64,000 nucleotides of DNA, from the NCBI GenBank assembly GCA_043228905.1, contig JBHGNT010000013.1:17484001-17548000 (forward strand). Direction: 5' to 3'. This stretch comes from Azolla caroliniana. Lineage: Eukaryota; Plantae; Polypodiophyta. Of the stretch, positions 47,790 to 61,689 are shown piece by piece (the stretch's first letter is position 1; each line of letters opens with the position of its first letter). The position numbers were made by a program, and so were the translations under genes. Below the pieces are notes generated by a model. It saw nothing but the letters and a program-made list of their open reading frames with translations. It searched no databases and was not told the origin of the DNA.

Positions 47790-49430
47790 TTCTTCTTCTT
47801 CTTCTTCTTCTTCTTCTGCAGCTTTCATGGCGATAGAAACTTGCAGAAGCTCCCATTTCTTCTCTTTTTCTTCCTTCTCTTCTTCTTCTTCTTCCTCTTC
47901 CTCTTCTTCTTCTTCTGCAGCTTTCATGGTGATGTAGCAGAACAAGCCATTCTTCTTCTTCTTCTTCTTCTTCCTCCTCCTCCTCCTCCTCCTCCCCCTT
48001 CCCCTTCTTCTGCTTTTCCTTCAGCTTTCATGGATGCATAGCACATAAATTCCTTCTTCTTCTTCTTCTGCTTCCCTGGCTTTGCTAACACAGAAATTCC
48101 TTAAATTCTTCCTCCTTCTCCTGCAGCTTTCATGGCGATTTAGTAAACCAATTCCTTCTTCTGCACCTTTGATGGTGGTATAGCAGAGCAATCCTTTCGT
48201 CCTTTTCTGCTTCTTTCTTCTTCTGTCAAGTTTCATTCAGCTCCGTGTGAATTCTCTCGTTTTTCCCAATTGGGTAAGTTTGCTCTTATATTTCTTTCAA
48301 CCAGTCCGATCTCCTCTGTCTCTCTTTCCTTTTTCCCATATTTATTTGCTTTTGCGTTTCTGCCACTCCTTTTTTTTAGGGTTTGCATTGATGTTCTTTA
48401 GAATTTTGCTTGTTTGTCTGCTGTAGCAATTTCTGCAGAGAATTTTGCTTTACTACGTGCTGGACGTTCAGGATTTGAGAGCCCCTGCATTCCTGATCTT
48501 CTCCGGCCTCTCCTAGAGAAAAGCATCCCGCTTCTGTTTATCCCAGCTGCAGAAGAGAGAGGGAAGAAATTCTTCTTCCCAGCTGCTGGAGAGAGAGAGA
48601 GAGAAAGAGAAATTAAGTTTACAAATTTCGAGTGCAGAGAAGGAAAGTCAATTCCGACATCCTGCTGCGGCATTTAGGGTTCAATTCGCTGAAGAGAGCA
48701 AAAAAAGGGCCATCTTGCTGTTAGGGTTTCATCTGGAAAATAAAAAATCTGCAGGCTTCTGCAGCCAATTTTAGGATAAAGTGGAGAACAAATGTGCTGG
48801 CCCTCGTTTCAATGGTTTAATCTGCAGACTAGAGAAAAGCAAAATTTGATATCCTTCAGATTTAAGGGTTTAATGTGCAGAAGATGAAAAGCATCTTTCG
48901 GCATCCCAGATGTGGCAAGAGGGTTAAAACTCTGAGATAAATAAAACAAAAAGCAAAATTGCCTCAGAAATTTCAGCTCCGAAGGGGTGTCTTGCAGCAT
49001 CATCTGTGGGCTTTGAGTTTGTTCAATGAAATTTCAGTAGCTTATTCTGAGCAAAGGAAAGTTAGCCTTTTTTTAGGGTCAAGCAGCATTCTCTGCAAAA
49101 TTCTGCTCAGGTGGCCAATTCAATTCAAATTGTTTTTACAGGATAACAATGTCTGCATAAAAACAAATCTCAGTCCTCAAGGTCAATTTAGATCGCCCTT
49201 TAGGGTTTCAGGATATTTTCTAGGAAAATTTGTTTCTAGGGCTGATTGAGGGTATCTCTGGAAATTTGCTTTGCTGTCCAGGCTGTGCATCCAAGGGGTA
49301 AACTGCTGCAATTTATTTTCCAGGAAGCATATCTACTGAGGGTGTCTGGCACAATTTAGTTTCAGGGAAGCTGCAAACAATCAAGAGTAGTATAGTCAGC
49401 TTCTGTCTCGGCTTTTTGTGAATCAAGCAG
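47790..49430 (+). promoter_or_regulatory. Putative Dof 5' leader exon (with uORF array) and leader intron 48274-49430
   Basis: CTT-rich leader; donor TGG|GTAAGT at 48274; acceptor AAGCAG| at 49430, two nt before the ATG; three TAGGGTTT teloboxes in the intron. No transcript evidence available. Confidence 0.6.
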
Positions 49431-49432
49431 AG

Positions 49433-50524
49433 ATGTCATTGGCTGAGGAGAATCCCGAGACAATGAAGGCCATCAGGTGCCCTCGCTGCGACTCCCCCGA
49501 CACGAAGTTCTGCTACTACAACAACTACAGCACAGCACAGCCCCGGCACTTCTGCAAGAACTGCAAGCGCTACTGGACTGCGGGTGGCTCTCTTCGCAAT
49601 GTCCCCGTCGGTGGCGGCCTTCGCAAGAACAAAAAGACCAAGATGCAAACCAATCTAGACAGCAAAAGCAAAAGCAAAAGCGACATCGATGATGTTGTTG
49701 CCACCTCTTCCTCCTCGGCTGATGAGCCCATGAAGCCAGGCTCCAGTAGTGTGAAATCGACCGTCTCGCCTTCACTAGCCTTTGGCCAAAGCCCATTGAA
49801 ATCTGATGTCGTAGGTGGAGGAGGGTTAGGGTTAGGGTTAGGGTTCCCTTACGAGGAGTCGCCAGGGGCGGGTCACACGAGTATGATGAAAAGGTACCCT
49901 GTACCCGATGAGAATACCAGTTACTATACACCTCATTACCCCTCTCATGGGATGTTCTCTCTCCCTCACAACAATGGTGGTATCAGAGCGACGGCACCAA
50001 CTCCATATTCGGCTCCATATGAACACAGCCTTATCTCGTTGCCATCACAACCATCCGAAGCAATCTACAGTGACAATGGAGGGAGCTCAAAGAGGCTCCG
50101 GAACAACAATGGGGAGATCTCCATTGGACATCTCGGGTCATCGGAAGATTCTGTTGCCAAGAGCAACAGTGGACTCTTCTTGTACGGAGGTTTGTCAGGT
50201 ACAACCTCACGGTTGTACGATACCAACCATCATACAGGTCACTCTAACAATGATAATATCGAGGAGCCTTTCCTCAGTTGGCATCAGGCGGGGTTCTCGG
50301 GTGCTACCATGCCTTCCCTTCCTCCTCAAGGATTGGTTTCAGATGGGCAAGAGAACACTCAAACTTCGAAAGGTGAAGAATTTGTGACTCCTCGGGGTGG
50401 GGTAAATTTTGATGATGAGGATGAAGGCCTCGGAAATGTGGTTAATGTTAGATACCCGTATGATTGGGAGCAAGTGTCAGAGGTGCTTTTCGGAGGGACC
50501 CCTGATTTCTTCCAAATACCATGA
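49433..50524 (+). CDS. Dof (C2C2-Dof) zinc-finger transcription factor, 363 aa
   Basis: [50 protein letters not shown] is the canonical Dof domain; first ATG at 49433; acidic/aromatic C-terminus [13 protein letters not shown]. Confidence 0.96.
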   Translation: MSLAEENPETMKAIRCPRCDSPDTKFCYYNNYSTAQPRHFCKNCKRYWTAGGSLRNVPVGGGLRKNKKTKMQTNLDSKSKSKSDIDDVVATSSSSADEPMKPGSSSVKSTVSPSLAFGQSPLKSDVVGGGGLGLGLGFPYEESPGAGHTSMMKRYPVPDENTSYYTPHYPSHGMFSLPHNNGGIRATAPTPYSAPYEHSLISLPSQPSEAIYSDNGGSSKRLRNNNGEISIGHLGSSEDSVAKSNSGLFLYGGLSGTTSRLYDTNHHTGHSNNDNIEEPFLSWHQAGFSGATMPSLPPQGLVSDGQENTQTSKGEEFVTPRGGVNFDDEDEGLGNVVNVRYPYDWEQVSEVLFGGTPDFFQIP

Positions 50525-53500
50525 TTCTCTCTGATACCATTTTTCTCCCTCGTGTGCTGTGACTGGGATGACCAGATTCTCGGGTACACATGGAAAGATT
50601 CTTGAAGATCATGATACCAATTCTTTTTTAATTCAGTCAAAACTTTGGCGACGAGAAGTAGTTGTATACTTCGGTCTTTCAGTGAACGAAAATGGGCAGG
50701 CAGAATTTTGTAACTGTCATACTATTTCAGCGGCTCTAACTGTTCAGTCATCGTATGTTCTATGTTGAATGAACTTACTCAAATTCATGGCTTCGTCTCA
50801 TTTTAATAATTCTGTAGGATTAGAGATCTTGTGAAGTGGATAGAGCAAGGTTCGTGCACGAGGTAGAGCTTTTGAACACAAACGTAACGATGAGATCTTA
50901 TGGAGTTGGATAGATGTATGCACCTATTCGAGCTTTCTAATGCAACAATTTAGAGATCTTGTGAAGTGGATAGATAGATCAATTTCATTTGAAAGGATGG
51001 AATGCAACACTAGAGATCGCTTGTACACTGGATATATATATAGATAGATAGATCATCATCATCATCATTTTCATCATCATCATCATTGAAGAAGAAGAAT
51101 CAACTCGACACAATCTTCGTTACTTACAAGGTCAGAATGCTGAAAAACTGATGGGATTTGTATTAATGTGTATTTATTTTATTTTTACTATTTTTATGTA
51201 CCCTTCAATGATCCACCATGTTTGTTTCTTCTAATAATAAGAGATGCATTTTCTCAATGGTAAATTTGTTGCTTGTTTTTTCTTTTTGGTTCCTTTTTTC
51301 ATCGACAGTCTCTACCTAAAGTCTCTCTTAAAGTAGATACAATGAAAAAACACAATGGAATCAATGTAAATATCTTTGGTCTCTATTTTGTTGTGTTTCC
51401 GAAGAAGCCTGATGAACTGACTATCAATACTCTTTGAAATGGTGTCATATTATTATCACTTGAAAGACAACTGAAAATTTTGTCTTCTCTTTTAGGTTAC
51501 GAGTCCAATTTTTATATCAGGTCAAGGTGAACAATTTAAGAGCTAGTTTCACCTAATATTAAACAAACATGTTAAAATCTATCATCTATTGTGCAATTTT
51601 TATATTGCAACGATTCAAGCGTGACTGTCATCTAATATTAGACAATGTGCTGAAAACTTGTTTGTTCCGAAGGAGAAGAAGAATGGACAAAAGTGAGAGA
51701 GTTTGCCCATCCCTGCATAGCCAATGTTTCCTGCATAACCGATGTTTGATGGCTTTTTTCCCAAAATCATAGTATAATTTTGTACAAGTTATTAGTGCCA
51801 TCATGAAGATGAAGAAAGTTTTTCTTTCATGATATTTATGCACATTGTTTCACTTCAAGCGATGACATGGTTATAATTTGGCAGCCAAATATAAATACAA
51901 GCTTCATTTATTATCTTACTTAATACCTTCTTTTAGAATGTTTGATACATATCAAGCAATCTTATTATACATATACATATATTATAAAGTTTGATTGAAC
52001 TCTTTTATTTGTTCCAATACATTTACAAATGTATATGCATTGGCTATGGTTTCTTGTGATTTGATCACATGACCTGGTGTGCTAGAACTGCCTACTCTGT
52101 TGTGAAGAAAAGAGGGGGGGAGAAGCAAAAAGATCCTCAACAAATAAAAAGCACTTAATGGCATTGTAAAAAGTCAAAAAGAAAAAATCACAAAACAAAT
52201 CAATAAAAGATTCTATAAAGATGTGGTTAAAGTGGTGTTGTGGTGGATGTATTTGTTATGTACACCAGCCATGAAAAAAAAACATAAGATGTTTATTCTA
52301 AAACTCACAAAAGCTGATTCTAGAAAGAGATATGCAGAAGAAGATTGTGGATGTTGTGTAGCATGTGAAATCAAAATCACACCAAAAATAAAGAGAAGAT
52401 TCTGTAAATGAAGAATGTTGTGTTTGCATGTGTTGGTTATATTTGAACCAAACACTAATATTGTTGTTTAAATGAACCTTCCTGATGAAAGGCAATATGA
52501 CACATGATATTGCATTTTAAAAATGATCTCACATCCACCTCATGATTACCAACATTGGCAATGATGTTGATGTTGACAATGATGACAACTATGATGTTGA
52601 TGGTGGTAATGATGATGATGATAATGATAATGATAATGATAATGACAAAGTTAGATGCTCATAGCATAAGAAGAGAATCTTTATGCAAAACCTTTCTCTA
52701 GAGAACCTACAACAATATCTCGTAGACACATCAAATTAAAAGATCTACCTCTATCAAAATAGATATGTGATCAATGTTTCTAAACAACCCATAAATGCAC
52801 AATCGCCGGTTGCTCTTTATAAACTTTCAAGGCAACTAGAACTTCCCAATGTCCGCTAGATTAGATGTGTTATTGATATTTAAATGGAAACAAGCAAGAG
52901 CTTCTCCCCAAAATGAGCGCCTTAGTATGCGCGAGAGAAATATTTTAACCCACCTACCTGCCCCTTACTGCATGCCATTGTATATCCATCCCACTATGAG
53001 CTACACACATAATGGTTGTTCATCATATAACATAGGATTGCACTTCATAACAAGTTTCGCTATCACCATCGTCAATTATGAGGGCCACTATCACTATCAT
53101 CAATTGGATACTAATTGTAGATGAACAATCACACTAACAAACTTTGTACCTCTACTAGATGATGATATAACTTTCTTTTCTCTGTTCCTGGAGAAAGCCA
53201 AAAATTTTAAGGATTTCCTAAATATACATCCCCAAACCTGCAAAAACATTGTGGAAAATGTAAATACTCTAGCATTTGTAAGAAACAGAAAGTTGTTGAC
53301 AATTCATTCAGTAAAAGACAGCTTGCCATCAATGAAAGGAGATCCATCCATGGATCTATGAGCATGAAATTCTTAGCAAAAGGATGCCATTGTTCTGCTA
53401 TGTTTCTTTGCTCTTTATTTTGAGCTTTCCTAACTCAATTAGGGCTTCGATAGTTCGTCCATGCAGAATAGGTACTAGTAACTACTTAGCTTTAATGGCT

Positions 53501-54464
53501 TCTTTCATAAAAAGGAAAAATGATTCCAACTATGCAAATTATAAAGTTAGAACTGTGCCCCAGCATCAACACATTGCTCTGCGTAAAAATGGTGAGCATT
53601 GTCTTATACACCAAAGCCAGTTCATGTTGTAAAACCTAATGAGTTCAAAAGTAATTTATAGTGTTGTGGGTACCAACAAACTAGCACCATTGTTCCTGTT
53701 TCTTACTTGTGCACATATGTTTGGGATCATATTTCCTGTGGTCTCATAAATCTATTTCAGCTACACATGAGTTGACAGTGAAAGTAATTGTGTTTTATGG
53801 AAAAGTACTGTGATTAAAGGAATACTCGGATAACATGCAAGAATTAGTGGGTGCAACTAATTGTGAAGCCCTTCATTCCCCCCTCCCACTCCCTACAAAC
53901 GATATTGCTATATCACACAGACAGTCTTGCATATTACCTGTCATACACATGATACTGTGGAAAGTGTTGATTTTCCTAAAAAGTCATTGGAAATTTGAAT
54001 CATGCAATCTTTTCAGAGATGCAATTTTTCTCTTGATGATGAAAAATTGTAACATAAAACACATTTATTCAAAGTTGTGGAATAAAATGTCTTGTGGTAT
54101 CACAGGTCTCATCGAGTAATAACAATACAAGTTTATGTACAGTGCCGAATAAGAACAAGAAGAAAAGAAACAGCTTCCTTCGGAATTCATGTACATTTCT
54201 TTCTCAAACAAGACTCTCAAACTCTCTGAAGAAATTTTTTGAAACAGGATCTAGCTAAAAAGAATCATGTAATCCCATTTTCTTCACTCTGCAGTCTCCA
54301 AACCCTAACCTCTTGAAACAGAGGTATCAGAAAGGGGCTGAAATACCCACCCCACTCTTCGGAAAAGACAAGACATCTTCCAAAATTTTCCAAATAAAAT
54401 AAAATTTGAAGCGACGAAACAAAGGATGATGCTGGGTATCTTATGCATGTGAATTGTGAAAGAT

Positions 54465-54570
54465 TTTAGGTTTAGGACTAGGGTTGAGGTTTTCAGGTTT
54501 ACGTTTGGTTTTTTTGGGTTAGGGTTTTTAGGTTGTTAGGGTTAGGGTTAGGGTTAAGGTTAGGGTGTAG
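54465..54570 (+). repeat. Degenerate interstitial telomere-like (TTAGGG)n tract
   Basis: GTTAGGGTTAGGGTTAGGGTTAAGGTTAGGG at ~54535-54566 with degenerate flanking copies. Confidence 0.85.
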
Positions 54571-54647
54571 TAGTTTTGGGATTGGATTTATGGTTTAGAT
54601 TTCATGTTTCAATGCTTTGAATAACGCAAGAATCAGCCAACCTCACA

Positions 54648-57600
54648 TCATCCATTGCTCAAAGGTTTGTACTTCAATCGGTTCCTTATCCTCTCTAGTC
54701 TCTCTTTGTTCTTCTTCTTCTTCTCCATCCTTGCCGCATATCGCTCTTGTCGTTCCCTTTCGTACATACCTTGCCAAAACACTTCCCCTGTTTGTGGCCA
54801 TAGCCTTCTCTTGATTATATTACTACGTAATTCATCATCCACTTCCTCAGCTAAGTCTTCATCCATGCCTTTCAAGGTGTCATAATCAAAGTATTTCAAC
54901 CACATGGAAGTCTGTCTGCCTTCTAAGCTATGTTGTTCATCCATATGCCCTGTTTTGGGATCCAAGTATATCATGGTTCGTGCACTGTGGTATGCCCACA
55001 CATTTACAAGAAGCTCCAAGAGTCTACAATAGCAATGTTTTCCCTGAAGTGAATACATAAGCTCTATTACGCACATATATATACAAGTAACCATATTCAA
55101 GCACTTAGTTCCTATCTGTTCAAAACCTCAACAACGTTTTTAAATAGGAATATAGAAGCAAGAAAACACTGTTACATGGGAAAGGGACCAAAGTCAAGAA
55201 ATATAGAAATCATAACATGGGAGAGAAGGAACATATCAATAAATGATCAAAATAATTACATTCCGATATTAAATCAAAGAGGGATAAATAGATGAATTCA
55301 GAGAAAACAAAGATGAGCAAAGAGTGGAGACAGAAGAGTAATAATAACTATCACAGCAGGAAAAAAGCAGATTGTTCCATCATTTATTGAGGCTAAGCAG
55401 AATTATTTCCACAAAGATCAACTTGAAATGCATACCTCAAACACAGAAGTTCCCAAAGAGCATTGTTTGTGATCATGATGCTCGATATAATGTTCAGAAT
55501 CCAACGCATCAACAAACATTCTACAAAAGCAAAAAACCATGTATATATATCAAATGGTTAAGATGGGTATTATAGCATTTAAAAGACGATTATGCCAACC
55601 ACAGAATCCTCTATTAACAAACGAATATGGATATACCTTGCAAACATTACAAACTCCTGGTAAGAAGATGTGGACATTGCCCAAGAATGAAGACCTGACC
55701 ATTTACCACCATCAACGGGCATGGGAGGCAGAGATAACCAGCTTTCAGGCAATCCATACATTCTCTTGAATGCATTCATGAATATAAACCTGCTAAGAAA
55801 TTCCAATTTCTGACTTCACAAATAACCTTTTTTCAGAAACAAACAAATGACAAGTTTCTTATTGTCACGTGCCTACAGTTATTGTTGTTCACCATGTCAC
55901 AGAAAGACCAGAAATCTTCATGGATTCCTTTCCTGTCCTTAAAATTATCATCATTAGGAAGTTGAGCCCAGAAGTAGAAAGCATCACCATGCTTTGCAAC
56001 CTTCATTGCCTCCTGTAGAACTCTCTCCGCCGTTATTGACAATTTAACCTGAAAATTATTGACCAAGTAAGATCAAAGCTTATACACCTCCCAATAATAA
56101 AAAACTTTTGAAACAAGCAAAATCTCCATAATGAAACTTAGACATTATTTCACCAGAAGTTCTCTAAGATGCACATGCTGATGCAAATGTAGCTTAAAGA
56201 AAATCAATTTGTTTTTTGAGAGCTAGCCCCAAAACTGTGCAAGAACTGAAAACAGTAATAGCTTATCCTACTTTCTTACTTTTTGACCCATTGCCCTCCA
56301 TGACTGGAAACCAATCCAAGGATTTCTGTGTATGCTATCGATTTTGTTAGCAATTGCAAAAAATGCACCATATTCACAGAGCACGTCTTGATAGTATGAC
56401 TCATTGAGGAGTGGGAGACGGAATGCAGCATCTATATCATCATACTCCAGTCTCCTTTGTTTCGATATCTAGAAATATGGACACAAAGTTATAAATCTGG
56501 TATCCTTCATAAGACTCGTGCTATGAACAATTAACTCAGTCAAATGCATGCTTACCATACTTATTCCTCGATACAAAGGATCATTTTGGTGCAGAAAAAC
56601 AGAAGCACCCATGCCAAAGTAGGGTTCATAAATGCAAAGTGGTTGACCCGTCCTCTCTAGCTCTCCATCATCTTGTTCATGAAGTTCATTCTTCAATCTA
56701 TCCATTTTCTTCACAACTTTATAAACATTCTCCCAACTTCCCATTAAAAGTTCATGTCTCTCTTCAATCTGACAGCAATCAAAGTATTATATTATGTACA
56801 GTACAAAGTTTATGCAAGTGAAACGCAATTGGCTACAGAGACACACACACACATTACATTTTAAGTTATATTAGGTTTTAGGGGCTATTTGTATTAGGGT
56901 TCAGGGTTAATCAGTATACAAAAATGCAAATTTGGGAGCTGATGATGGAGGTAACAACTGGGTGGCCAATCTAAGTTCTAACTAGATGGTAGACATAACC
57001 AACACCAAAAGCATTTGAACCTCATTAACTAAGCGGTCAAAATAAAAATAAGTTTGCATACCTGTTCTTCTTCCTGCCTTTCCATATCATCTGCCAAACT
57101 TGTAAGCCTTTCCTCATTCCAGGCATCTTGTGAGACCAGGTCATAGTCGTTGACCTCTGATTGGGGAAGTTCTGTTGCATTATTTGAATTATTTAGCAGC
57201 TGTTCTAGCATGAAGACTATGCTTGAATGTTTGTTTAAATGTGTGCTCTCGGGTTTCATTCCATTGATATCAGGAAAAAGCTCCCACATCCAGTCTTTTA
57301 TCAACGTCTCAGAAATTTCTGAGATTGGATTTGGAAGCATTGTATCTGAGGGTTTTGGAAGAATCGTTTCTAGAATATCAGCATAACCCTCCAAGGCTTT
57401 TCTTACTAAGAGTTGAGTAACATCAGATAACCTTGTAGTAACCCCTTGATCCGGTAATTTGCATCTTTCTACGGATAGTAGTATCTTCTCAGTAAGTTCA
57501 TTCAAGTCTCCCACAGGATAGAACAGGTTTCCAACACCATTGGTTAGCTGCAATCGCAAAAGAATTCAAGATTATCTCAATCTTCTTTTAGTAAAATATA

Positions 57601-60600
57601 TGATTTGATAAATACTCTCTCTTTTCTTTTAAAGAGACAGTGTGTTATATTAGCTGAAAAAAGTCCAGCTGAAGTTGCAAAAAGAATAGTGCAAAATTAA
57701 TATAAACTGATACAGCCAAAATAGAATAGTAAGGACGCTAGGAGGAGACATGCACAAGAAGTCACTGTGGGGTGTATATTGCTGTGTAATACTTCCAAGA
57801 AAAAAAAAGAAAACAATGCCCATGCAAGCAAACAAAGCTTCTCTTCTTCCTCTATCATACCAGAAGAACCAGCAGAAACATCTCATTAACTCGTGGGCAT
57901 ACAAATCAACTCATGCCACAATGGCCAAAGTCTCTGATTCTCAGTTAATATGAGTCTCCAAGTTGTTGGTCATGCAGTCACAAATGAAACTTTTTTCTAC
58001 AGGAATTGCATTAGTTACAGAGATGGTATTGCATCAAGTACAATACTGAAAAATACAACATTGAAAGAACATTGTGTGTTGGCCCCAGTCCAGAGTATAC
58101 ACTGGAGAACATAAGCAATCAACAAGAGTTTTCATGACTTCATTCTAAAAACAGCCTCTCATAATCAACTAGTTACCCATAGTTCTTCATCTTCATGTTA
58201 ATAATCCCAAACCACCTTCATGAAGGATTCCAGATCTTTGGCTAAGTTCACCAAAAGGAAGAAAAAAGTATGTCTGATGCTGTGGAGTTCTACTCTGATA
58301 ACAAAATGTGTCTTACTTACATTTATAGATTTTCTTTTAAATATCATGTCCGCGATTCTTTTAAATAAGTGTATAAAAGGGTCACTTCAAAGAACCTTTA
58401 TTTTGCATTATTTACAAATATTTCCATAAGAAAATGAGTGTAGTTAAACACTTTTAGCCTTACATATTAGAGTACATAAATACTAGTAAAAGATGGGACA
58501 AAATATTTCTAGCATACGGAGAAAGAGAGTCCAAAACTTCAAGAAATCCTACGATAGAACTAACAAGTTCTATCTACAGAAGAAGAAATAGGTCTATGGC
58601 CAAATGCATACAGCAATTTGCAAAACCTGTCTGAGAATTCTAACACATTAAATCAGGCAAAAGTGGTTCACACTCCAGAAGACCATATCTCTCGTGATAA
58701 ATGGAGCCCTTGAATTTCAGCTCAATATAGTTCAAATGGACTCCATCTACATAGTTTTTCGCTGTTATCTTCAATTCATTTTGAAATATGTAAAACACAT
58801 ATTTGACTCAAAGATCTTTATACACATTCCTTCACATTCATAAACATTTTATCAGTTTAACTTACAACATTGTGGATGACTGTCAAGTTGGGAACAAGAA
58901 CAAAACGCTCAAATGCAATAGCTCGAACCAAGGAAACTGGAAACTCTTGCTCATCCCGAAGGGAGCTGTAAACAACAACATCTGCCACCCACAATAATTC
59001 ATTCAAATCTGCACTATCCTCATTGAAGTAGAAGACATTTCCATCCTCAAGTCCCAAATGGTTGGCCATTACCTGTCAACAATAGGCCATGGCAATTCAT
59101 TAGAAATGTGTGAACATTCGAAAAGAAAGGTGCAGATTGCAAACTGATCACTTATGAAGTTATGATACAGCAAGATGTATGCAAAACAACTGAATGCGGA
59201 ACCAACATCAACCTTAACTAGACCTCAAGGTTAGTGTGCAACAGGACACCAATATTGTCGTTTTGACATATTCCTAAGAAAAAGATTCAAACTGAGTTTT
59301 GCAGCTCATATGAAATTCACAAGGTGAGTTTCATTGTCACTGAGCTTACTGTGGACTGCTATTTCTGAATAATTGACACAGGCCCCTACATGGACACAAT
59401 AGAAAATACATACATCGAAATTGACACTACCTGGCTCTCAATAACTAGTGTGATAAGTACAAAAATTTCATACGACATCAAAACAATAGTGTTCTTTTAC
59501 TTGCTGATTACATGCATCCTTTTTTAGAAAAAAGACTGCCTAGTTCAAATAACAATTGATACAAAGACATCTGCAAACAAACGTTGTGCATACATTTCCA
59601 TACCCAACCACATTATTGGACCTTTTAGTGATGTGTTGATGGAGAAGACATATAATCTTTGGTTCCAAAAGGTATAAAACCAAAAATGCAGAGCACACTG
59701 GGCAATGTTACTGTTAACACCACAGAAAATTATAATGCATAGACGATGGCATTACCTGCACAATTTGACTGTAATTATTCACTGGATTGTTGCTAACGAG
59801 AAGTAGCTTCACTGCAGCACGATCCTCCTTGTTACCTTCACTTAGTTTCTTTGATATAGAAGATACTGCTTTCATCACCATAGCATGTTCTCGCCAAACA
59901 CCCTTGTATGTGAAGGAACTTCCAACTATGGTTAGTACAACATCTCCTGACTTGAACCCAAGCATTTGACGTGATTCAACTCTGCTGTGTATGTTCATGT
60001 AGGATTTTACATCCCAGACATCCTTTGGAGACCCAGGAATAACCAAGAAATTTCCAGTGTCTAGCAGTGTATGCATCATCTGTAAATGTTTCAAACAACG
60101 CCTCAAAAATCTTTGCCACATCAAACTACCCAATAACAGGGAAACAGTAATCCAATAGATCTTACTGCTAAAGTATAGTCCGGAAAGACGACAACATCAG
60201 CACGTGCAAATGCCTGCTGCCACTCAGAGAGCAGATCACTTAGACCACTGCTTTCATATAATCTGAGGCGCTTTCCTAGTGTATCCTCAAGTATAATCCA
60301 AATTACCACTATATGTTGAAAGGGCTCCTGCAAGAAGCTGTTATTCAAAAATATCCATCAGCTAGTTTAAGCTGAAAATTCAGGAAGAAAAAGCATACTG
60401 ATAGGATAAATTCCTAGGAAATACTCTAATTTTATCACTAAGAATCTGTCAAAGTGTTTTGGATGCGCATAATAGTAGATGGGCAATGTCACTTTGAAAT
60501 GTGTTGACATCAACAATCAGAAAATAAAGGACATTGAAAACATAGCAAAGACAGTTTATATCCGAAGATTACCTTCTAAAAACATGTTTGCTTTCCAAGG

Positions 60601-61033
60601 AGCATAAAATAACTCCTTCAAATCTAAATAACCAAAAACAATCCAGTCAAATTCAAGATATTTGTATGTTCAGAAATGCGTTTTATTACATTTACACAAA
60701 CATCATACCAATAGAGGGCATCTTACTTTGACCAATCAACCAGTAACCATTTATTTTGATCAAAATGATGCCATTCGACAATTACCCCCTGTTCGTTCCA
60801 AATGTGTTGCATTTCTCCTCCCCCTGAAGTGAAAAGCTGCAAGGATACAGGGATGTTCCAAACTCATTTTTAGCCAGTTATTACTCAGCAAGGATCTGAG
60901 GAAAATTTAATCCATGGGCTGATTTACAGAAACATTGATCACAAACCTGGATCTTGTAACCTAAAGATTGAAGTCCTTTTGCAAGAGTAATGAGGTACAA
61001 GGACTCCGAAGTAAAGTGAAGATCCTTGCATAC
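54648..61033 (-). CDS. Multi-exon glycosyltransferase family 1 domain protein (At5g04480/At4g01210-like); first exon(s) lie beyond the window
   Basis: Exons 61033-60947, 60836-60727, 60623-60573, 60337-60166, 60079-59756, 59072-58866, 57547-57062, 56768-56556, 56468-56280, 56048-55873, 55789-55637, 55520-55436 and 55043-54648, with consistent phases. Motifs GELERTGQPLCIYEPYFGMG, PWIGFQSW, HCYCRLLELLVNVWAYHSAR, WPQTGEVFWQG. Confidence 0.92.
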
Positions 61034-61689
61034 CTGTAAAGAACCTCAATATCAAGTTCCTTTTCCTTAAAAGTGAGGCAAAGTATTTTTCTATTTTCGT
61101 CATAAACCATTTAGTTTTTCGCTGAATGCAACATTTAGTCTCATAGATGATATTGGTTGTTTGATGATGTCGAAATGACATTTCATTTCTCTCGCTATCT
61201 TTCTTTTATTTATATGGGAAATGTATTATAAAAATACCCTGTATAATAGACCATAGATGGCTGAGTACAGTGGGCTTGTAGAAAAGGCACGAGGCATTTA
61301 TAAACAATACTTCTACCATGAATATCATGGTTCCACCATAAGCTCATCTAAAATGGATATCATATAAGGATGCACAGAGCTCATCAGATTTGATTACCAC
61401 TAATGACAGAATAATGATGACTAAGACAAGAAAAGTGCAATGAGAGAGTAGAGACGCAATAAAAACTTGCTAAATTTTAGGAAATGGCCTTGTATGGAGG
61501 TCATCACCTCTCAATGTAAGTGTCTTTCATATTACTTCATAGGGGTGTTATGATTAAGGCTTCAGCTATTAAGAATAAATGTATTGGTATTAGCTTGGTA
61601 AGTTTCCAGAAAATATATCATCCTTTTAAGGAGCTAAATTTGATTTTTTTCATTATTGTTGATATGGAAAACAAGTGAGAAAATCTAAT

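Noticed and set aside
46708-48041. ORFs rich in SLSL, THTH, FFFF or EEEE
   Set aside because: Translations of microsatellites with no protein-like content.
49418-49432. Listed Dof start at 49418
   Set aside because: It is GTG within the presumed intron end; the first ATG is at 49433.
51100-54400. Short ORFs between the Dof and glycosyltransferase genes
   Set aside because: AT-rich intergenic DNA with simple repeats; no domain or exon structure supported.
54465-54570. True telomere or chromosome fusion scar
   Set aside because: Short, degenerate, single orientation, next to a gene's stop codon.
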